From Candidatus Parcubacteria bacterium (GTDB taxonomy: Bacteria; Patescibacteriota; Minisyncoccia; Phycocordibacterales; UBA9973), in assembly GCA_039795715.1 (NCBI GenBank), contig JBDKLD010000008.1, forward strand, positions 1-59,996: DNA of 59,996 bases, written 5' to 3'. Below are positions 9,633 to 16,659 of the stretch, in pieces (positions within the stretch are counted from its first letter, which is position 1; every line of letters starts with the position of its first letter). The notes under the pieces were generated by a model. It was not told the DNA's origin. It ran no database searches and saw nothing but the letters and a program-made list of their open reading frames with translations. The translations under genes were made by a program, and so were the position numbers.

Positions 9633-10917
9633 AATGAGTAAATACCAGAAAAGCGGCTATCGAATAGAGCGCGAGGTACGACACGGCAACATCGAATCCG
9701 AAAAGGTTATTCACAAAAAAAGCCACCAGAAATACAAGTGTGACCAAACCAAATGGGAAATGCTCTCTCATTAGCCTTAGGCAATATTTAAACAGAAAAA
9801 ACCAGATCGCCATATACGAAATGAGTCCAAGTATGCCCGACATCACGAGCACATCAATGAGCTTATCATGGGCTCTATCCGCAATGAGTTCTTCGTATTG
9901 AAAAATACTCGGGTCGTAGTTTTGTTGGTAGAAGAAGACATAGTTGTCCCAGCCCCAACCAAGGAGCAAGGTTTTGGTGTTTGAATGTCCGAAAAATCCA
10001 TTGATCGAAAGTTTGGTAATTTTGGCTCGGGAAGCAATAGTCTCGCCAGCGAGGTTAGAAGTTGCGACGCGATTTAGACCGGGGATTTTCTGCCAAAAGT
10101 CCGCGTGCCGCGTAGAAAGGAAAATTCCTGAGAAAACAATGATCGCCACAAATACAAGCAGAGTCCAAAAGCGTAGGGTTTTACCCCAGAGCATCCTAGC
10201 CTTGCCTTTTACCGCTACTACAACGAGCCCGACGAGAACTGCCACAAAAAGCGCCAGTATGCCCGCCCTCGACTGTGTGAGGAAAACACCGATGATACTA
10301 GCCAAAATAGTAGCTACGCCAAAATACATGGTAAGTATCCTTTTGTTTTTCCTAGCTTCGAGGAAAACATACCCACCCGTTGTCAGAGCGAACAAGTAGT
10401 ACGTACAAAGGTACATAGGGTTACCGAGCCATGCATCAGGCCGTGCACCAGAGTCTGCGACTTGGAATAGTGTAATAACGAAAGTAAACATGCCGACAAT
10501 AGATGTCAACAAAAAGTATCTGTTCCAATCTTTTTTTTCAAAAACCAATGCCATAAGGAACAGGAAGGCGGAAAATGAAAAAATAGTGAGAAAACCTTCA
10601 GTCCTCGATATCTCACCGAAAAAAGCAAAAGCTTTGTTGTAGGCAAAGAGCGTCGACAAAGCGAGCAGAGCGGTGCTTGCCGCAACCGCTATAACCAGTC
10701 GATTGCGTCCAAGCTTTGCCATCCTATCGAGTAAAACTTTACAAAATGGATTATTTTTTCCTAGGAAGATGAGGAGCGCAATCAGAAAAAGAACGCCGAA
10801 AACCAAACCGCGAATAAATACAGTTTTCCCTCCGACATCATCAGAATATAGGTGTGGCGACCGTATGAGAGGCAAAAGTACAGAAAGAGTAATTGCGGAA
10901 ACTATTGCCTTTCTCAT
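9619..10917 (-). CDS. O-antigen ligase / Wzy_C-domain polytopic membrane protein (possible glycan ligase or O-oligosaccharyltransferase)
   Basis: About 10-12 predicted TM helices, a large loop, and TQSRAGILALFVAVLVG, which is typical of the Wzy_C (O-antigen ligase) domain. Confidence 0.65.
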   Translation of the reverse strand: MRKAIVSAITLSVLLPLIRSPHLYSDDVGGKTVFIRGLVFGVLFLIALLIFLGKNNPFCKVLLDRMAKLGRNRLVIAVAASTALLALSTLFAYNKAFAFFGEISRTEGFLTIFSFSAFLFLMALVFEKKDWNRYFLLTSIVGMFTFVITLFQVADSGARPDAWLGNPMYLCTYYLFALTTGGYVFLEARKNKRILTMYFGVATILASIIGVFLTQSRAGILALFVAVLVGLVVVAVKGKARMLWGKTLRFWTLLVFVAIIVFSGIFLSTRHADFWQKIPGLNRVATSNLAGETIASRAKITKLSINGFFGHSNTKTLLLGWGWDNYVFFYQQNYDPSIFQYEELIADRAHDKLIDVLVMSGILGLISYMAIWFFLFKYCLRLMREHFPFGLVTLVFLVAFFVNNLFGFDVAVSYLALYSIAAFLVFTHYERV

Positions 10918-10918
10918 A

Positions 10919-11638
10919 TTAGTTGAGCGTCTTGAGTCGATCTATTTCATTTTGGTAGATAGTTTTGTTTTCTGGATGAACTTCTATCGCCTTTTGCCAA
11001 GTTGCTATTGATTCAGCTATTTGTCCATTGCGCTCTGCAACGCCGGCAAAATAGGTGATGAGGTTAATCTTGGTTTCTGATCTTACTTTTGTTAGACCTT
11101 CATTATATATTGCTTTTAGCTGAGAATAATTAGTAGAAGTCTTTTCATCTAGCAATCCTATTTTCCAATTCCAATAATCAGCAAATGTAGGCGCTAGCGC
11201 GATAGCCCTGTCTATTGTTAGTTGTGCATTTTTCAAATCTTCTTGCGCACTATAGACCGTAAACAGTCCGGCAAGTGCTGTATCGTCATTTCTATATTTA
11301 AATGCTTGATTGTAATAACTAATTGCTAATTTATAATCTTTAGCAAGAAATGCTTTGCTCGCACTTGCCATAGAAGCATTGTATTTCTTACTAATTTCCC
11401 CATCTGCAGCCACAGAAGTAGTAGAGGTTGTAGCTTTTGGTTCATCCTTAGATACCGGAGTGAAATCAGCTGGGGTTTTGTCATCAATATTTTCGTTTGC
11501 CTTTGGAGTACCGGTCTCTGACTCAGATTCAATATTGCTAGTTTTGGGCATTTTAAAGTAGTAAATCCCCCCAATTACCAAAACTGCCACAATAGCTAGT
11601 ATTATAAGATTTTTATTAGTGTTTTTTTCGCTGTTCAT
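10919..11638 (-). CDS. Membrane-anchored TPR-repeat protein
   Basis: TM helix LIILAIVAVLVIGGIYYF, a low-complexity linker, then TPR-like repeats (AISYYNQAFKY, AIALAP, ATWQKAIEVHP). Start moved to ATG 11638, because the track start 11674 is a GTG inside a terminator hairpin. Confidence 0.6.
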   Translation of the reverse strand: MNSEKNTNKNLIILAIVAVLVIGGIYYFKMPKTSNIESESETGTPKANENIDDKTPADFTPVSKDEPKATTSTTSVAADGEISKKYNASMASASKAFLAKDYKLAISYYNQAFKYRNDDTALAGLFTVYSAQEDLKNAQLTIDRAIALAPTFADYWNWKIGLLDEKTSTNYSQLKAIYNEGLTKVRSETKINLITYFAGVAERNGQIAESIATWQKAIEVHPENKTIYQNEIDRLKTLN

Positions 11639-11664
11639 TTTGCTATTAAACCATACTGGAATAC

Positions 11665-11692
11665 AAAAAACCACCCCGAGGGGTGGTTTTTT
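11665..11692 (-). terminator. Rho-independent terminator downstream of the surface-protein gene
   Basis: aaaaaaCCACCCCgaGGGGTGGtttttt: GC-rich stem flanked by A and T runs, so usable in both directions. It lies about 57 nt after the stop at 11749. Confidence 0.7.
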
Positions 11693-11748
11693 GTTGCTTT
11701 TACAAGCAGACTACCTAGACTAGATTCAACCTTAGATAAACTAAACTA

Positions 11749-14700
11749 TTAGTTTACACGCATAGTTTGTGTATCTGTAGGAAGATTCTTTACTAACAAA
11801 GCATTGTTCCAGTCAAGTGTTGTAGCATCATGACTTACAGCTGATGTATCAGTCCAGATAAATGTAGCCTGGGCTGAGTTAGCAGCAGCAACCGTAGCAT
11901 AAGCAACAGGAGCTGCGTATGTATCAGGTTGAGCAATACTTACGTTAATATTATCATTAACAGTTGGTGTGAACGCTGTTGTGAGCTTCAACACATATGT
12001 CTTCGTACCACTGATTTGTTGCTCATTTGTCGCAACAAATGTGATTCCGCCAGCAGTATCGCTGTCAGTTTCTACTGATCCTGTGAAGGCAGCAGTACCG
12101 GCGATTTGTGTGTTGGTATCGTAATCCCACAATGTAGGCGAAGCAAGAGTATCTGTACCAGACATCGCACGAGTTACAGTAAAGATAATCTTCTTCCATC
12201 CAATAGTTCCACCCTGTGAAGCGACAGTGAACTTAGCAGCAGTTACAGTTCCTGTGCTGAGTATTGCTGTAGGGAGAGCAACGTTTGTAATTACAGGAAT
12301 TGCTCCGTAAACATACATCGCGTTACCAGCAGCACCACTTATAGTACCTGCAGCAGTAACACCAGTTGCTAGTGAACTTGCTGTAAAGGCAGTAAGGGTA
12401 GTGAGTAATGAAGCTCCTGATGTACCAGCGCCAATACCTACTGTACCCAAAGTGAGTTTAACAGTGAGGATCTTGCTAGTGTTAGCAGGAATATCCCAGT
12501 TAAGATCGTAGAAGTTTACAGTTGCTGCACCCGCAAGTGATGCGACCATAGTAGCACCATCATAAAGCGCGACACTAGATACGTTTGTAGCATCTGCAAT
12601 TGTAAATGTTAGATCTTTAACTTTGTAGCCAGCAGTAACCGCTTGGAACTTCAACGCTGAAGTAGTTATAGTTTGATTGTCATAGACAATACCTGTAACT
12701 GGAGCAGAAGCATCCAAAGAGGCAGTTATTGAAGCTGCGCTACTAATAATAGTTTGGCCAGCAATTGTAGTGGCAGCATCACCAGAAAAGACAGATTGTC
12801 CACTAGTCATTGATGTACCAGTTACCTTAAGAGCAATTCTAAATGAATCACTCGTAGCAACCGCAAAAGAAGCGCCTGCAGCATTCAAGCCATTATCTGC
12901 AAGATTTGCAAACATTTCAATTGTAAGGTTCTGATTCTTTGGCAATGTGTAGCCGATATTGAAGCTATTGCCTGTAGCTGTAACTGTAGGGAGAGGAGTT
13001 GTCTGAGCAACTACTGTGCCAGCACTATTCTTTACTACCGCGTATACATTTTTAAGATCACCAAATTCAAAAGTTGTATTTGTGACCGTTGGGACTGCAA
13101 ATGTAAGCGTATTCAAGTTAATATCTTCAATCGAACTACCCGAAAGATTGTATGAAGCAATCTTAAATGCTGTCGATGGAAGTACTGTTGACTGGTTTGC
13201 GTAAGTCGCATTCTTTGCCAAAGTTATTGATGTTGTCGCAATTGTAAGCTGGTTTGCTGAAACATCAGATGATGGTGCATTGAATGAACCAAGAGAGTCC
13301 GTTCGCTGTGCATTTGATGAACCAGTAATAATCTTTGCAAGGATAGTGTCAGAAGCATCAAGTGCCATACCTGACTGAAGACCATCATTGTCATAGATAT
13401 CAGCATGTAATTCAACCATTATTGGAGTACCTGGCATAACAGTGTAATTGACTGTGAACGTTGTTCCAGCTGGAACAAGAGTTGCATTTGAGCCATATTG
13501 ACTTCCGTTAATCAAGATACGGCCGTTACGGAGAGTAACTGCAGTATTGTTTGTTGAGCCAAGTGATCCATCAAATGTACCGCCTGCAATAAGTGTCTCG
13601 ATTTTGATCGGTTCACCGTATGCAGTTACCTTGAAGGTTCCGAGATTTACATCGGTACCTGCCAAAGTAAGGTTAGTTGAAGGCGATGAAACATCCTTTT
13701 CAATCGTAAGTGTTCCACCTGTAGCACCAGAAATAGTACTTGCAGATGATGGAGCCCAAGGAGTTGAAGTAGGAGTAATGTTTACACCAAAGCTTGAGTC
13801 AACAAAGTCTACGTCTGCTGCCTGACGAAGTGAAAGTTGTACTGTGCGTGAAGCACCAGATACAATGTCAGCTTCAACACGGACAACACGTGAGCCAGAA
13901 ACAAGCATGACTGGAGCAGAACTCATGTCAAAGGTTACATAACCCATTGAATCCATTCCTGCTGCTGAACCAACTTGTGTGCCATTTACGTAAAGCTTGA
14001 AGTTCTGGAAAGCACTAGCTGAAGCTGATCCAACGTTGCGAAGAGCGAGTCTCTTCATCCACACATCTCGGTTTGAGATAGTGAGTGTATCTTGCCAGAG
14101 AGTAACAGCTGACCCAGGATTGAGTGTTGCACCACTTGGAGTCGCACCCAAGTGAGTGACTGACGCAAGTGTTGCTGAAGCAATAGTATGAATATTGCCT
14201 GAGATCATTGGGCTAGTAGTACCAGAAGCAGTTGCAAATGACTTGAGCATTACGCCAACTGTTTGGCCTGATGTTAAAGTAAGAATATCAGATTTAACTT
14301 TGATATTCCTCATGCCACTGACAGTGAAAAGACCAGCAGGGACATTGAAAGAAACCATACCGTTGTTTGATACTGAAGCAGCATCAGTCAAGCGAGTAGC
14401 CCCATCAAAGAGGTACACATTTGAAAGAGTTGCATCAGCAGAAACACCGATACGCTGGAGAGTAATGTTAGTTACTGTACCAGTACCAGAGAAGGTGAAG
14501 TGAGCGAGGTCTGCTGTTGCTTGTGCAGCAACGAGCGTGCCAGCAGCTGGGTTGTCAGTAGACAACATAGCGCTAACTGGACCAGTCTGAGTGTTTGGTG
14601 GAGGAGTTGTAGAACCTGTTCCGCAACCCATAGCATTCATCTTTGCACGGCCAGCTGGACCAAAGACGCCGTCTGCTGTGAGACCCATCTTTCCCTGCCA

Positions 14701-14964
14701 AACCTTGACTGCTGCCTTGGTCTTGCTGCCAAACGAAGTTGATTCGTAGCCAGCTGAACCGACACCAGTAGATGAAACCATAGTATCAGCGCACATGTTA
14801 AGAGCTTTTTGGAGCTCCATAACAGCCATGCCCTTTGAACCCTGTTTAAGAGTTGGAGCAGCGAATGTGTATGCGCTTGCAACGCCAGCGCTTGTGAAAG
14901 CGAAGGCGAATGCCGCCAAACCCAAGACCACTTTCGCGGAGTTAGATTTTAGAAATTTAGACAT
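11749..14964 (-). CDS. Secreted peptidoglycan-binding, Thr/Ser/Ala-rich repetitive surface protein (S-layer-like candidate)
   Basis: Signal peptide (VLGLAAFAFAFTSAGVASA). PG_binding_1-like module (LKQGSKGMAVMELQKALN...TKAAVKVWQGKMGLTADGVFGPAGRAKM). TTPPPNTQTG linker. About 900 aa of degenerate ~100-aa beta-strand-pattern repeats with no Cys. Confidence 0.7.
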   Translation of the reverse strand: MSKFLKSNSAKVVLGLAAFAFAFTSAGVASAYTFAAPTLKQGSKGMAVMELQKALNMCADTMVSSTGVGSAGYESTSFGSKTKAAVKVWQGKMGLTADGVFGPAGRAKMNAMGCGTGSTTPPPNTQTGPVSAMLSTDNPAAGTLVAAQATADLAHFTFSGTGTVTNITLQRIGVSADATLSNVYLFDGATRLTDAASVSNNGMVSFNVPAGLFTVSGMRNIKVKSDILTLTSGQTVGVMLKSFATASGTTSPMISGNIHTIASATLASVTHLGATPSGATLNPGSAVTLWQDTLTISNRDVWMKRLALRNVGSASASAFQNFKLYVNGTQVGSAAGMDSMGYVTFDMSSAPVMLVSGSRVVRVEADIVSGASRTVQLSLRQAADVDFVDSSFGVNITPTSTPWAPSSASTISGATGGTLTIEKDVSSPSTNLTLAGTDVNLGTFKVTAYGEPIKIETLIAGGTFDGSLGSTNNTAVTLRNGRILINGSQYGSNATLVPAGTTFTVNYTVMPGTPIMVELHADIYDNDGLQSGMALDASDTILAKIITGSSNAQRTDSLGSFNAPSSDVSANQLTIATTSITLAKNATYANQSTVLPSTAFKIASYNLSGSSIEDINLNTLTFAVPTVTNTTFEFGDLKNVYAVVKNSAGTVVAQTTPLPTVTATGNSFNIGYTLPKNQNLTIEMFANLADNGLNAAGASFAVATSDSFRIALKVTGTSMTSGQSVFSGDAATTIAGQTIISSAASITASLDASAPVTGIVYDNQTITTSALKFQAVTAGYKVKDLTFTIADATNVSSVALYDGATMVASLAGAATVNFYDLNWDIPANTSKILTVKLTLGTVGIGAGTSGASLLTTLTAFTASSLATGVTAAGTISGAAGNAMYVYGAIPVITNVALPTAILSTGTVTAAKFTVASQGGTIGWKKIIFTVTRAMSGTDTLASPTLWDYDTNTQIAGTAAFTGSVETDSDTAGGITFVATNEQQISGTKTYVLKLTTAFTPTVNDNINVSIAQPDTYAAPVAYATVAAANSAQATFIWTDTSAVSHDATTLDWNNALLVKNLPTDTQTMRVN

Positions 14965-15601
14965 AATATATTTATAATTTGATGCACGTTATATGAATTT
15001 CGACGTGCTCTCTAAATTTATTTTAGATAAGAGCAAGATTCACAGTATGCATTTTTGTATCCGGAATGGATACGATGAATTATTTTTTTTGAGAACAATT
15101 CAAAACTCGAAACCAGATGCACATAACAAAACAATGGATGCTATACACAAATGATATCTGCCTTGTCGACAGGGCCGATAAAAGCCCGATCAGAAATACA
15201 AAAAACAAAAAGATTGACAACTCTTCGGTATCAAGTTTCGCCAACCTATGTATTTGTCAATGATCGAACCGTTGCTTAACGCGGACACAACAATCGCTAA
15301 ATAAATAGCTACGGAATCCTATCTTCCGATCGTGCCTTGCGTTAAAGGGCATATTATCACGAAACGGCAAATGCCGCTAGTAATATGCTTCCGATAATTA
15401 TACGACTTATACCGTAGATAACAATAATGCTACCTGTGGATTTAGCCTTACAAAATCGGCTTTTTGCCGTAATGGGTAAAAGCATGACTCAATCAAAATG
15501 CCCAATTGCGTGCACTAATGATGACGGGGCATTTCAGTGCGAATGACACTAAAAACAATAAGATACAGATGGAGAAAATGTCAAACGAAACGTTTACTCG
15601 A

Positions 15602-16444
15602 CTACTTTATCTTATACATACTCCATCGTCGCTCCCCGACCCTTTCAATTTTTCCTTCATCTATTAGTGACTGTAGATCTCGTTGGATGGTCTTAAAGGA
15701 CACATCGGGGAACTCAGCTTTGACTTCGGCAATTGTGCTAGATTCTTTTCCGACAAGAGCCTTTATTATCTTGGTCTTTCTATCATCAAAAGTTGTGGAT
15801 TTGTCTTTTATAAAATTCTTGGTGCCGAATGTTGGAGCAATAGATTTATTAAGGACATTTATTACTAATTGTTCATGTCCTTTATCTTGAATGTCCTTTA
15901 TATGTCCTTTATCACTAGGAGCATCATTGTGCACTGTCCTCAAAGGCTTTTCTGTTTTTTCCACAGGCTCATTCCGCAAAATACTTTCAATATCTATAAG
16001 GCCACCGCGACGTGATTCGTAGCTACCGCCAAGTGCCATAAGTTCAAGCCTCAAAATTCTAAAGTTCATCTCAGAGACAAGAAAAAGTGTCACGCCGACT
16101 TCGAGGTAAGCAATAATTTTCTTGATGATATTATTTATTTCGTTTGAGCGACGATCATAGTTTTCTCCCCTAGTTCCAGCAATGTCATTGGCAACCGAGA
16201 GGAGAGCGAGGCCTGCCTTGCGAATCTCCTTCTGGAGCGGCTCATCTGATGGCAAAATATTGGAAACAAGATAGAGCGCAGTCGTGATATTGCCCGCACG
16301 CTTGGCAGACTGCGACAACGACTTATCCATGGTTTCCAATGCATCCTTTACATGTCCCTTAGAAAGTCCAGTGTCTTTTATGTGATTGTCCTTTTGATTT
16401 TCCATATTGATGAGTATGTCTCTTATGTCTTTTATTATAACCAT
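15602..16444 (-). CDS. Hypothetical DNA-binding protein with C-terminal winged-HTH (DeoR-like) domain
   Basis: C-terminus STIAEVKAEFPDVSFKTIQRDLQSLIDEGKIERVGERRWSMYKIK looks like a DeoR-type wHTH. The N-terminal and central parts carry repeated KGH[IV]KD motifs and a helical region. Confidence 0.5.
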   Translation of the reverse strand: MVIIKDIRDILINMENQKDNHIKDTGLSKGHVKDALETMDKSLSQSAKRAGNITTALYLVSNILPSDEPLQKEIRKAGLALLSVANDIAGTRGENYDRRSNEINNIIKKIIAYLEVGVTLFLVSEMNFRILRLELMALGGSYESRRGGLIDIESILRNEPVEKTEKPLRTVHNDAPSDKGHIKDIQDKGHEQLVINVLNKSIAPTFGTKNFIKDKSTTFDDRKTKIIKALVGKESSTIAEVKAEFPDVSFKTIQRDLQSLIDEGKIERVGERRWSMYKIK

Positions 16445-16469
16445 CAGACATTTGTAAGCAAGCTCGGAG

Positions 16470-16590
16470 CATTTTAAAAATAAATATTACCAATCGAGGC
16501 ATTTTCGGAGCGCGACGGCGCGAGAAGAAGGCGCTTTTTCAGCAGAAAAAGACGCCGGTGACGAGAGGGGTAATATTTCTTTTTAAAATG
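16470..16590. repeat. Copy 1 of a structured GC-rich repeat element (81-nt core 16490-16570 closed by a 22-bp AT-rich helix)
   Basis: The core is 80/81 identical to 20420-20500. The flank cattttaaaaataaatattacc (16470-16491) pairs with ggtaatatttctttttaaaatg (16569-16590) with one mismatch. Confidence 0.8.
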
Positions 16591-16659
16591 CCCGCGAGGG
16601 AACTGCTATTTATACTCCGAGCTTGTGTTACAATGTTTTCATCATCTTATATTTAAACA

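Noticed and set aside
11749-14964. Many 60-100-aa ORFs on the opposite strand or in other frames of long genes, for example 13016-13204, 13547-13825, 14195-14503, 16875-17540, 17860-18366 and 38392-38781.
   Set aside because: They are nested inside well-supported long CDS with clear homology, lack independent signals, and are expected frame noise.
15537-15890. A 117-aa plus-strand ORF at the edge of the long spacer.
   Set aside because: It is mostly antisense to the wHTH gene (15602-16444), has low-complexity composition, and has no start context.
16490-16570. The repeat core as a known ribozyme or riboswitch: hammerhead (the UGAcGAG segment) or guanidine-II mini-ykkC (the ACGG tetraloop hairpin).
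   Set aside because: The hammerhead core is incomplete: position 3 is G rather than C, and there is no properly placed GAAA or cleavage-site helix. The guanidine-II riboswitch needs two ACGR hairpins and a transporter gene context. Only one such loop is present and the context is wrong.
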